DNA of 63,934 bases, filler included, from an uncultured Methanosarcinales archaeon (lineage in GTDB: Archaea; Nanobdellota; Nanobdellia; Woesearchaeales; DATDXC01), in NCBI GenBank assembly GCA_964510025.1. It is 3 parts of 3 records of this genome, joined end to end, with 100 filler letters (N's around TTAATTAATTAA, not from the genome) between each part and the next. Parts side by side here need not be neighbours in the genome. Positions count along the whole stretch, not along the records: positions 22,362 to 44,610 come from CAZDZV010000020.1; 2 more parts are not named here. One strand, 5' to 3'. Positions within the stretch are counted from its first letter, which is position 1. Every line of letters begins with the position of its first letter. This document shows, piece after piece, positions 32,002 through 41,291 of the stretch. The translations under genes and the position numbers were made by a program. A model generated the notes under the pieces. It made no database searches. It was given only the letters and a program-made list of their open reading frames with translations, and had not been told where the DNA came from.

Positions 32002-32541
32002 CTACTTGCTTTTTCTCGCCCTGAACAAGCCCTGCCTGCCAAACCTGTCATTTACGAACCTTACGTCCTCGATGGTATAAAGTGCCATAGGGTCAAATTT
32101 CTTGATGGTATCAGCTGCTTTCTTGATGTCTTTCCGGTCCATTATCGAGAAGATTATCCTTACCTTGCCGTCCCTGCCGTCCACCTCAGTGGTCTTGTAC
32201 TTAAGTTCTCTAAAAGCACCAATAAGCTCTGAGGCATCCTTTTTTGTGATTATCCTTATTATTACATTTCCCAGGCTGATTTTTTCCTCGATTATCATGC
32301 CGACGAATGTTCCTGCTGAAAAGCCAAGAGCATACGCAAGATAGCAGAAGATGTTGTTGAGATTCAGCATGATCTGGTGTATCGCAGCTAGCCAGATGGA
32401 TATCTCGAAAAATGCCAAAAATGGGGCAATGTACTTGAATCCTCTAGAGATGAATATTAGCTTTATCGTGCCTATGCTTACATCCATTATCCTGGCAATG
32501 AATATAAGCAGGGGGATTACTGCATATGTCACTAATGTCAT
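32002..32541 (-). CDS. UPF0316/DUF2179 membrane protein
   Basis: IFIARIMDVSIGT, FFEISIW, YALGFSAGTFVGMIIEEKI, DPMALYTIEDVR. Confidence 0.88.
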   Translation of the reverse strand: MTLVTYAVIPLLIFIARIMDVSIGTIKLIFISRGFKYIAPFLAFFEISIWLAAIHQIMLNLNNIFCYLAYALGFSAGTFVGMIIEEKISLGNVIIRIITKKDASELIGAFRELKYKTTEVDGRDGKVRIIFSIMDRKDIKKAADTIKKFDPMALYTIEDVRFVNDRFGRQGLFRARKSK

Positions 32542-32665
32542 GCAGACAGCTGCCGAAATCCGCTTTATAATATTTAGGTTGACAACTATCATCTTATCCT
32601 ACTTAAAAAGTTGAAAAACTTAACCTAAGATAAGGTTTATATACATAATCAACTTATCCACTGGC

Positions 32666-33223
32666 ATGAAAAAGCCAGATCCGGAAAATCCCATACTTAC
32701 CAGGAATGACCAGGAGGTGCTCAAAAGCATAATCCTTCAGGCTAAAATACCGGACGCTGAGATCGCCAAAAAGATAGGGATCTCTGCCCAGGCTGTTTTC
32801 AAGATCAGGAACAAGCTGGAGAAGCTTGGCCTGATAAAGGGCTACCAGCCTATTGTAGACTTCAAAAAAATAGGCATGCGTATCTTGACCATGCTGATAA
32901 TCAGGCTCAATACGGTTGTATGGGAAAAAAATACAGATGACCAGATCTCAGAGAGGATAAAGAAGATACCTTATGTTATCAATGCATACCGGCTGCCTGA
33001 CTCCAATGCGACCCACATCCTGCTGATGGGATTCCGGAATACAGACCAGAGAGACAAGTACCTCCTTAAGATACAGACCAAGTTTTCCAGAGAAATTGAT
33101 ATAATCAGCGTATATTCCTTTTCTGTAGACAGGATCATCACCCAAAGCCCTATCGGACTTCTCTATGAGGTAATGAACAAGGAGGAGTTTCCGCTGAACG
33201 AGTTTTTCCTGACAAAAGGTTAA
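32666..33223 (+). CDS. Lrp/AsnC-family transcriptional regulator
   Basis: HTH IAKKIGISAQAVFKIRNKLEKLGLIKGY...DFKKIG. Confidence 0.88.
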   Translation: MKKPDPENPILTRNDQEVLKSIILQAKIPDAEIAKKIGISAQAVFKIRNKLEKLGLIKGYQPIVDFKKIGMRILTMLIIRLNTVVWEKNTDDQISERIKKIPYVINAYRLPDSNATHILLMGFRNTDQRDKYLLKIQTKFSREIDIISVYSFSVDRIITQSPIGLLYEVMNKEEFPLNEFFLTKG

Positions 33224-33375
33224 GAAAATTCTGGATTACAGACAAAGAAGTTAATTTTCTCTACCATAAATTTATCTAGTCAGCTGCAGTGATGCATCCC
33301 ATAAAATGGAGGAAGCAGAATGGCTAGAAGGACGAAAAAAGAAGAAAAAAAAGAATAAAAATGAGCTTATAGTTC

Positions 33376-33401
33376 GCTGCCTCGAAAGAGGCAGCATTTT
33401 T
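33376..33401 (+). terminator. Perfect GC-rich hairpin with GAAA loop followed by a U run
   Basis: GCTGCCTC-GAAA-GAGGCAGC-ATTTTT. Confidence 0.55.
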
Positions 33402-33412
33402 AGGTGGAACAT

Positions 33413-33520
33413 ATGCCAAAAAGATGCCAGCTTTGCGAGGAGCCTTTAGAGGGCGAAAGTGATTTTTGCCTATATTGCGGAGCATCTATACTCGGGGGTG
33501 AAAAAATTGGCAAGAGATGA
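33413..33520 (+). CDS. Zinc-ribbon micro-protein (35 aa, not in ORF track)
   Basis: MPKRCQLCEEPLEGESDFCLYCGASILGGEKIGKR; AGGTGG RBS. Confidence 0.7.
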   Translation: MPKRCQLCEEPLEGESDFCLYCGASILGGEKIGKR

Positions 33521-33599
33521 TGATGATTGGCAGGAAGAAGAGGATTGAAGGATGCTAGAATCCTGAAAAAAGCGCTGGGAAGGAGCAGACCATAGACAG

Positions 33600-33788
33600 A
33601 TGGGAAGGATAAAAACAAAACTTGTAAAAAGAATCACACATGAGCTTATGAATAGGCATGGTGAAAAGCTTACCTCTGAATTTGAAGCCAATAAGCATGT
33701 TGTTAACGAGCTGGTATCATGTCCGTCAAAGAAGCTGAGAAACATAATTGCGGGATATGCCGCCAGGCTTAAGAAAGCTGAAGACTGA
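33600..33788 (+). CDS. rps17e: 30S ribosomal protein S17e (copy A)
   Basis: MGRIKTKLVKR...FEANK...SKKLRNIIAGY. Confidence 0.93.
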   Translation: MGRIKTKLVKRITHELMNRHGEKLTSEFEANKHVVNELVSCPSKKLRNIIAGYAARLKKAED

Positions 33789-33890
33789 TTAGGTGATATG
33801 TTCCTGGGGAATCAACTCTTTCTATTGCTTCATAGACAACAGGTTCACCATCTACTCAGAAATCAGTCGACACCTTTACGGGAGAGCAGA

Positions 33891-33982
33891 TAGCCCCGGG
33901 CAGATTCGAACTGCCGTCAGCGGGGATCTCCGGATACTATCCTCCAGAACCCACTATGCTTGACCGACTACACCACGGGGCT
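33891..33982 (-). tRNA. tRNA-Gln(CTG) with 18-nt canonical intron (33926-33943)
   Basis: Acceptor AGCCCCG/CGGGGCT, T arm GGCAG-TTCGAAT-CTGCC, anticodon stem GTGGG/CCCGC; intron AGGATAGTATCCGGAGAT at 37/38 forms a bulge-helix-bulge. Confidence 0.92.
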
Positions 33983-34167
33983 GTAGTGTTGAAGAATAAG
34001 CATTTCATTTATTAACTTTTTGAAAGTTTGCATAACCAGAAAGCTGTGCAGCAGCTTGCCCCAAGAATTGCTGAACAGCCATCTTGAACATCCGGAAGTC
34101 AGGCCCACCAAATAAAGAAGCTTTTGTTAGAAAGTTTTTTAAATTACACGAAATCTTTTTTCCTCAT

Positions 34168-34242
34168 GGGCCCATAGCTCAGCCTGGTTAGAGCGATGGC
34201 CTCTTAAGCCATAGGTCGCGAGTTCGAATCTCGTTGGGCCCA
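34168..34242 (+). tRNA. tRNA-Lys(CTT)
   Basis: GGGCCCA/TGGGCCC acceptor, ATGGC-CTCTTAA-GCCAT anticodon arm, TTCGAAT T loop; CCA not encoded. Confidence 0.96.
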
Positions 34243-34452
34243 TATTTTTTAGCTGATGCTTGGTTGCTCTTTGTTTGAGTGCTAGGTGCCTGAATAGTAA
34301 AACTAAACATATCCTTATTATTCTTTTAGGAATAATCTTTTCACAAAAATATTTATATAAGAATAACAATTGGTATTATAGGTGAGAAGATCAAAAAAGA
34401 AAAACTCTACGGGCAGCTTATTGAGCTGCAGGGGAAGATTGAGGATGAGGAA

Positions 34453-34704
34453 TTGAAGATATCCAAAAAGCTTTCGATATATGAGAAAGGGATATCGGGA
34501 AATCTGAAAAAGCTGGTGAAAAAACACCGGGCTATTGAAAAAAACCTTGGTGCCGGTTTCCTCAGGAAAAAAGAGACTGTCTATTGTGCGAAATGCAGAA
34601 AAAAATACATGAAGAAGGACTGCGAAGAATGGACATGGGCAAGCGATGATCCCATGGATGCAGAGAAAATTTTAAGCTGCCCCAGGGGGCACCAGATCGA
34701 CTGA
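34453..34704 (+). CDS. Hypothetical Zn-ribbon protein
   Basis: CAKC...CPRGH; GAGG RBS before the TTG. Confidence 0.55.
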   Translation: MKISKKLSIYEKGISGNLKKLVKKHRAIEKNLGAGFLRKKETVYCAKCRKKYMKKDCEEWTWASDDPMDAEKILSCPRGHQID

Positions 34705-34946
34705 CCAATCAAATGGGTTTACCTGAAAAGGGCAAACAAATGCCTATATAAGCTGCCTAAGAAATCGGCAGGAGAGCCCGCTTAGGCTTTGATAATGCGT
34801 GATTTGACAATGCTACCAAGAGTACATAGAAACAGGAAAATGGTCTATAAAGGCACAACATATGTGTTTGCAGAGATAACAACAAGCGCAGGTACGCATT
34901 CACTATGGCTGAAAGAGAAGAATCTGGATAAAATACTTTTGAGAGA

Positions 34947-35363
34947 TTAGTGTTTAAACATGAGCTTTATCTTCTTTTGGATATAGATCTTGTCTTTGCA
35001 ATCCCGGATATTATCTAATGTGTCTGCCAGCTTGACCATCAGGCCTTCTTTTGTCTTTATTGGGAAATTCTCGCTTCTGTCTTTGCTCACTTCTTTCACA
35101 ATGTCTGCAACCTTGATGCCAAATTGCTTTTTTATCTTATTATACTGATAGCCTTGCCCATCTTCCAGGCAGTCATGCAGATATGCAGCGCAGAGAACAT
35201 CCTCATCGTCGGTAAGTCTTCCTAATATCCTGAAAAACATTCTGCGGATGCCTGATATAGGGGATAGCATGCCCTTCACCATCTTGCCATCCACAAACTC
35301 TTTTCTGAAGCTACCCTGATGGACTTTTTCTGCAAATTGTCTGGCTTCACTGATCGTATCCAT
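34947..35363 (-). CDS. HD-domain protein (RelA/SpoT hydrolase, Mesh1-like) with a locally frameshifted segment
   Basis: ARQFAEKVH, AAYLHDCLED, FGxKVADIVKEVS, VKLADTLDN; PYIRHP motif lies in an alternative frame. Confidence 0.8.
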   Translation of the reverse strand: MDTISEARQFAEKVHQGSFRKEFVDGKMVKGMLSPISGIRRMFFRILGRLTDDEDVLCAAYLHDCLEDGQGYQYNKIKKQFGIKVADIVKEVSKDRSENFPIKTKEGLMVKLADTLDNIRDCKDKIYIQKKIKLMFKH

Positions 35364-35573
35364 GATCATTCTATCTTGTAGATACATAAAAAACTTTTCT
35401 TTTTTCCATAACAGGGGCTAGACGGCTTATCGCACAACTATGGGATACCCTGCAAAAGTGGATTCGGCTAGAAACAAATATTGTCTCTGTTGAAGATCCT
35501 GTTGTAAGCCAGTGCGACATCAGCAAAAATAGAATGCATATAAACATTCCCAGAAGTCCCGCATATAGGAACC

Positions 35574-36227
35574 TTATTCATTGACCAGCTTCTGAAGAGT
35601 CTCATAAGCCTTAATAGAATCCTTTTCCCTAAGAATCAAGGTGAGTTCAGACAACGTGGAGATGATCTCAAAGATATTTATGTTTTCCCAGGCCAGTTTT
35701 CTAATAGTATGGAATATGACGCCCGGCGTGTGTATGAAGTCATCTGAAAAGCGCATGGTCAGGGCAACCAGCTTGCTCTCCTTGTTGAGTATCTTCTCGC
35801 CTTTGAGGAAGTTCACAAACTTCTGCTTGTATTTCTCGTTGGTCACTATGCTGACCTCAAAGTTGCCAAGTATGACATTCAAGGTGTCCCCTTTCTGGAA
35901 GTTCACCATCTCATAAAGCTTCTTGAGCTTTGTCATGAGGCTTGGCTTTCTGGCGACACATATGTCACATATATTTGTCTTCATGATAAGCTCTGACTTG
36001 TAGTTAAAAGGCTTCACTGTCTCGTTTTCCTTAGCAAGCTCATCTGCATATCTCCTAAGAGCCATCACAACCGCTGAATGCTTGACCTGCTTATCGAGCT
36101 CCTGCTCTATCTTGGACCTGAGCTGCTCTGCAAGATTCCCGTAGCTTATCAGCTTGTTGGCCAGGGCTTCCTGAAGAAAAGGCTTATCCCTTATCAGATG
36201 CTTAACGAGATGACTTATGGTTGCCAT
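35574..36227 (-). CDS. ACT-domain protein with N-terminal helical/HTH-like region (putative amino-acid-sensing regulator)
   Basis: HTPGVI...LAWENINIFEIISTLSELTLIL ACT signature; divergent from dapB. Confidence 0.8.
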   Translation of the reverse strand: MATISHLVKHLIRDKPFLQEALANKLISYGNLAEQLRSKIEQELDKQVKHSAVVMALRRYADELAKENETVKPFNYKSELIMKTNICDICVARKPSLMTKLKKLYEMVNFQKGDTLNVILGNFEVSIVTNEKYKQKFVNFLKGEKILNKESKLVALTMRFSDDFIHTPGVIFHTIRKLAWENINIFEIISTLSELTLILREKDSIKAYETLQKLVNE

Positions 36228-36294
36228 TTTACTTATAACAAAATGTTACTATTTTAACAGCAAATTTAAATAATATATAAGGCTTTCGTTTTTC

Positions 36295-37053
36295 ATGAAC
36301 ATAGCTATCATAGGATACGGAAAGATGGGGCATATTGTGGAAAGTATTGCCCTGGACAGAGGGCATACCATAACAGCCACTATAGACCCTGCTGCAGAAG
36401 ATGCAACCCATAGAGAAATAGACAAGGGATCGGTGAAGGATGCAGATGTATGTATTGAATTTTCGTTGCCAGCCACTGTTATGGAGAACCTGCAAAAGGT
36501 CTCATCGTGCAAGAAGAACCTTGTGCTGGCGACAACAGGGTGGTATGACCAGGTAGACAAGGCGAGGGCCATAGTGCAGAGATCAGGGATAGGATTTTTG
36601 TACGCATCTAACTTCTCTATAGGTGTCAACGTATTTTTCAGGATAGTGGAAGATGCAGCCAGAATAATCGACAAGATAGACAGCTATGATATATATGGCT
36701 TTGAGATGCACCATAAGAGGAAAAAGGACAGCCCATCAGGCACTGCAAAATCTATCGAGAAGATACTATTGGACAACATATCAAGAAAGAAGAAGGTTGT
36801 AGAAGAAAAACTGGACAGGCAGGTAAGGCCAGATGAGCTGCACTTTGCCTCCCTAAGATGCGGAGATTTCCCCGGCACCCATATCGTAGGGTTTGACAGC
36901 GATGCTGATACGATAGAGCTCAAGCACACAGCAAGGACCAGAAAAGGATTTGCACTAGGCGCAGTGATGGCAGCTGAATGGCTGAAAGATAGAAAGGGGT
37001 TCTTCACCATCGACAGCATGATGAAAGAGATTATGGGTGATAAGGATGTATAG
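36295..37053 (+). CDS. dapB: 4-hydroxy-tetrahydrodipicolinate reductase
   Basis: IIGYGKMG, ATTGW, ASNFSIGVN, EMHHKRKKDSPSGTA, FALGAV. Confidence 0.95.
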   Translation: MNIAIIGYGKMGHIVESIALDRGHTITATIDPAAEDATHREIDKGSVKDADVCIEFSLPATVMENLQKVSSCKKNLVLATTGWYDQVDKARAIVQRSGIGFLYASNFSIGVNVFFRIVEDAARIIDKIDSYDIYGFEMHHKRKKDSPSGTAKSIEKILLDNISRKKKVVEEKLDRQVRPDELHFASLRCGDFPGTHIVGFDSDADTIELKHTARTRKGFALGAVMAAEWLKDRKGFFTIDSMMKEIMGDKDV

Positions 37054-37924
37054 GGGAGTATTTACCGCTATTGTAACACCTTTCAAGGAAAATGGGGATT
37101 TGGATGAAGGATGCCTGAGGAAGCTGATAGACCTCAACATCGAGAACGGTGTGTCGGGCATAGTGCCTTGCGGCACTACCGGAGAAAGCCCCACATTAGA
37201 CCATGAAGAGCATGACAGAGTAATAGAGCTGACAGTGAAGCATGTCAACAACAGGGTGCCTGTGATAGCCGGCACTGGCTCTAATTCGACAAAGGAAGCC
37301 ATAAGGCTTACAAAGCATGCTGAGGACACAGGAGCTGAGGCCTGCCTGCTGGTCAACCCGTACTACAACAAACCAACACAGGAAGGATTGTACAGGCATT
37401 TCAAGGCAATTGCAGATGCTGTTGATTTTGATTGTGTAGTGTACAACATCAAGGGAAGGACAGGGGTAAATGTAGAGACAGCCACATTGATGAGACTAGC
37501 GAAGGATTGCAGGAACATCGTTGCTGTCAAAGAAGCCTCTGGAAACATCGAGCAGATAAAAGAGGTCATAAAGCAGAGGCCAGATGGGTTCTCTGTGCTG
37601 AGCGGTGATGACAACATAACATTAGAGCTTATCAGGGCAGGAGGGGATGGAGTTATATCTGTGGCATCCAACCTGGTCCCTGACAAGATGGTGAAGATGG
37701 TTAAAGCTGCTCTGGAAGGAGATTATGGAAAGGCAGAGAAGCTAAATGAGGAGCTGATCCCCTTATTTGAGGCTGAATTTATCGAGACAAATCCTATCCC
37801 GATAAAGTGCGCCTTGTCGATGAAAGGCCTGTGCAAGGAAAGCTACAGGCTGCCTATGTGCGAGCTTATGCCTGAGAACAAGGAAAGGCTCAGAAAAACA
37901 TTACAAGAGATGAAGCTGGTGTAG
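37046..37924 (+). CDS. dapA: 4-hydroxy-tetrahydrodipicolinate synthase
   Basis: TAIVTPF, GTTGESPTL, IAGTGSN, PYYNKPTQEG, YN..GRTG, KEASG, SGDD, ETNPIPIK. Confidence 0.95.
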   Translation: MYRGVFTAIVTPFKENGDLDEGCLRKLIDLNIENGVSGIVPCGTTGESPTLDHEEHDRVIELTVKHVNNRVPVIAGTGSNSTKEAIRLTKHAEDTGAEACLLVNPYYNKPTQEGLYRHFKAIADAVDFDCVVYNIKGRTGVNVETATLMRLAKDCRNIVAVKEASGNIEQIKEVIKQRPDGFSVLSGDDNITLELIRAGGDGVISVASNLVPDKMVKMVKAALEGDYGKAEKLNEELIPLFEAEFIETNPIPIKCALSMKGLCKESYRLPMCELMPENKERLRKTLQEMKLV

Positions 37925-37925
37925 G

Positions 37926-38102
37926 ATGCCTGTAGTAGAAGTCAAGATGTGGGCTGGAAGAAGCGATGAGAAAAAGCAAGAGATAATATCCGGAATAACA
38001 AAGGTCTTTGAGGAGCAGGGCGTCCCTAAGGAACAGGTAACAGTCATCATACATGACATAAACAGGAAAAACTGGGGTATTGGAGGAAAGTCATCTTCTT
38101 GA
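37926..38102 (+). CDS. 4-oxalocrotonate tautomerase family protein (58 aa, not in ORF track)
   Basis: MPVVEVKMWAGRSDEKKQEIISGIT...VTVIIHD...NWGIGG; catalytic Pro1. Confidence 0.88.
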   Translation: MPVVEVKMWAGRSDEKKQEIISGITKVFEEQGVPKEQVTVIIHDINRKNWGIGGKSSS

Positions 38103-38832
38103 GGCTAGTGGTCCTGTGTAATGCCTTGATGTTATGACAAACATAAGCTGGTAGAGCTGATCAGCGGTCAGATGGTTGTTTCTGGAGATTTTCCATGTTC
38201 TTGTCTCGTGTGCAAGCATCTCTTCGGTGACCGGTGAGGCTGCATCTGCTGAAATGAGCTCTGCAACAGCAGCCAGGGGGATATCATCATGGACTGTAGC
38301 TATCAGATCCCTAAAAACTCCAGGAAACTTCTGCCTTATCCTTCTGTACCTCATCTCTCTTTCTCTTTGCGGAAGGTTCAGCCTCCTTGCCCTGCTGGCT
38401 TCCCTGCCATACTCATCCCTGGCTGATCTGATCTTATCCTGATATTCAGGGCTGAGATTTGCCAAGATATCCATGCCGACAGATATCATGTTCTTGACCC
38501 GTGCAACATCTGATTTAGGCAGGCGCCTGTCAAGCTTAAGATACATCTCATACAGCAAGACTGCTGCCAGTGTTTCTGGAGTTTGTGCATTTTCCCTTAC
38601 AGCAGGCATGAGCTCTTCTGCGTTCTTATTGCACCAGTATTTTGCNNNNNNNNNNGACCCTGCCATCTGATCTTAGCTGGCGAATGGTATACATCCTGGC
38701 TTGCCTGCCCTTATAGGGGATTACAGCTCTCTGTCCCACTATTTCCTCTATGCCTGACCTGTATGTCTCAAGAAATCCAGACGGCAGCCTAGATACCCTA
38801 TATAGCTCATCTGCCATCTTAGCTGGTTTCAT
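38091..38832 (-). CDS. Hypothetical protein (probably one ORF interrupted by a 10-N gap)
   Basis: Two open frames meeting at N run 38646-38655. Confidence 0.5.
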
Positions 38833-38905
38833 TCCAGAGCAGATTGCTCAATTTTTTAAAAAGCTTACGCAAAGCTTTAAATATCATTAGAAAAGCCTAT
38901 GTTTT

Positions 38906-40144
38906 ATGAGATTGCCTTTCAACAAAGAAAAGATAATGAATATCCCGACGCCTTTCCATATCTATGATGAGGCAGGGATCAGAAAAAAAGCCAGAGAGCT
39001 CTATAAAGCATTTTCCTGGGTAGATGGATTCAAAAACCATTTTGCAGTCAAAGCCTGTCCTAACCCGTATATACTGAAAATCCTGAAAGAGGAAGGCATG
39101 GGTACAGACTGCAGCAGCCTGCCTGAGCTCATACTCAGCGAGAAAACAGGGATAATGGGTGAGGATATCATGTTCACCTCGAATGACACACCTGCTGAGG
39201 AATTCAGAAAAGCGTTTGAGCTGGGTGCCATGATAAACCTTGATGACATAAGCCACATCGATTTCCTCCGGAAATCACTAAACGGCAAATTTCCAGAGCT
39301 CATATGCTTCAGATACAATCCCGGGCCGATGCGAAAAGGGAATTTCATCATCGGCGATCCGAAGGAGGCGAAATATGGCTTCACAAAGAAGCAGCTTTTT
39401 GAGGGCTACAAGAAATGCAAGAAGGCCAAAAGGTTCGGGCTGCATACCATGGTGGTGTCAAACGAGCTGAATGAGGACTATCATATCGAGACAGCCAGGA
39501 TGCTGTTTGAGCTTGCGGTTGAGATAAAGCAAAAATTAGGTATAGAGCTGGAGTTCGTCAATCTGGGCGGAGGTTATGGGACACCTTACAAGCCGGATGA
39601 AAAAGAGATCGACCTTCAGTATGTATCTGATGGAATAAGAACGTTGTATGATGAGATGATAACAGCCAACGGACTGAAGTTAAGGATAATAATGGAAAAC
39701 GGAAGGATGGTAACAGGGCCGTACGGGTGGCTGATAACAAAGGTGAGGCATATCAAGCATACCTATAAGGATTTTGTAGGATGCGACGCCAACATGGCCA
39801 ACCTTATGAGGCCTGCGGTCTACGGGGCCTATCACCATATAACCGTGCTGGGCAAAGAAGGCAAAAAACCAATGCATAAATATGATGTTACAGGCAGCTT
39901 ATGTGAAAATAACGACAAGTTTGCGGTGGACAGGATGCTGCCGGAGATTGAGCCGGAAGATTTGCTGGCAATACACAATACAGGCGCTCATGGCCATGCC
40001 ATGGGATTCAACTATAACGGAAAGCTGAGAAGCGCTGAGATGCTCCTGAAAGAGGACGGAAAGATAGTCCAGATAAGGAGAGCTGAAACAGTTGATGATT
40101 ATTTCGCTACATTGGATTTTTCTAAGCTGCAAGAAGCTCGCTGA
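38906..40144 (+). CDS. lysA: Diaminopimelate decarboxylase
   Basis: TPFHIYDE, FAVKACPN (PLP lysine), NLGGG, ENGR, RPAVYGAYH, GSLCENND, GAHGHAMGFNYN. Confidence 0.93.
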   Translation: MRLPFNKEKIMNIPTPFHIYDEAGIRKKARELYKAFSWVDGFKNHFAVKACPNPYILKILKEEGMGTDCSSLPELILSEKTGIMGEDIMFTSNDTPAEEFRKAFELGAMINLDDISHIDFLRKSLNGKFPELICFRYNPGPMRKGNFIIGDPKEAKYGFTKKQLFEGYKKCKKAKRFGLHTMVVSNELNEDYHIETARMLFELAVEIKQKLGIELEFVNLGGGYGTPYKPDEKEIDLQYVSDGIRTLYDEMITANGLKLRIIMENGRMVTGPYGWLITKVRHIKHTYKDFVGCDANMANLMRPAVYGAYHHITVLGKEGKKPMHKYDVTGSLCENNDKFAVDRMLPEIEPEDLLAIHNTGAHGHAMGFNYNGKLRSAEMLLKEDGKIVQIRRAETVDDYFATLDFSKLQEAR

Positions 40145-41084
40145 CCACAGCAGGAAGGGTAGCTTCTGAATACTCTGAGCAGCGGAGCCTGCCGATTATG
40201 GTCTTTGCAATTGCTATAGTGCCTTTCAGGGTTATCTGCTCAACTGGAACATGGACATACTGGTCTACTGTAACAGTGTAAGCCGGCCTCATCAGGCCTG
40301 TATGGATCGTGATGAAAGCATTATCGTCATACATCTCCACCAAAACATTATTTCCAGCTGAATCAGGAACCAATGCCACGCCTATCCTGTTTGGAGCATA
40401 GGGAAGCTCAGTATCCTCCCTATATTGATCAAGTAGGAGCGTCAGGGCCTGCCTGTAGAATCTGTCTGCTGCTTCTGGAGTGGTGAACGCTACAGAATGC
40501 TCAAGGTCTGCAGCTGGTTCTTCCAAAGAGGCAGCATCATGGCTTCCTGCTGTGTAGTTGACTTTAGCGCCTTCTTTTGCTACAAAATAGAATACATGGG
40601 CTCCTTCAAGATGATGCCTTTCTGTTGCCACAGCAGCAGCATCCCGGTAGCCTGACTGTATGCTTCTTATGATCTCCGGAAGCTGGCCTTCCTGCTGGCC
40701 CCACCTGTAGATTGCATTCTGAACAAGAGCAGCATACCTGGCTTCAGCTTCAGCTATGGCCTCCTGATCGAGGTCAGGATCTGTGACCACATGCTTTTGC
40801 TGATTGGGCAGAACAGCTACACCTAAAACACGCCGCCTGAAACTTTGCTTCTGTTCCGGACAGCTGTATCTTGTGGTCCTCACCGTCGGTATGTCAAGAT
40901 GAGGGCCATCATATCTATGAGGCTCTGATGTAAGCTCGATTGTCCTCTCTAAAGTTGCTCCCAGCTCATTTGTGGTGCTAACAGAGAAATGCCTTTCCGG
41001 AAGCACGGCTTGGGATACAAGATGGTACGGTAGCTGCCCATGCGCTATAGCCCTGCATGCAGAGCTGGATATCAAAGAAACCAC
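40122..41084 (-). CDS. Hypothetical protein
   Basis: 320-aa ORF filling the space between lysA and gdhA; no recognised motif. Confidence 0.6.
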   Translation of the reverse strand: MVSLISSSACRAIAHGQLPYHLVSQAVLPERHFSVSTTNELGATLERTIELTSEPHRYDGPHLDIPTVRTTRYSCPEQKQSFRRRVLGVAVLPNQQKHVVTDPDLDQEAIAEAEARYAALVQNAIYRWGQQEGQLPEIIRSIQSGYRDAAAVATERHHLEGAHVFYFVAKEGAKVNYTAGSHDAASLEEPAADLEHSVAFTTPEAADRFYRQALTLLLDQYREDTELPYAPNRIGVALVPDSAGNNVLVEMYDDNAFITIHTGLMRPAYTVTVDQYVHVPVEQITLKGTIAIAKTIIGRLRCSEYSEATLPAVVSELLAA

Positions 41085-41291
41085 CTGGATAAATCCAAAT
41101 AGAAACAGTGCTGTTTTTTAAGCAGTGATGTGTATCCCGTTTTTCTCGCCCGAGACTGGTATACTTATCTATATACTGGTTCAAGTAATATATAAACTTT
41201 GCGGCATCTATGGCAAAGATATTTAATCAGTAAGCAGTAAATTTAATGATTTTAGAAAGCTTTATTTAGTAGCTTGGAACGCTTTTTTAGC

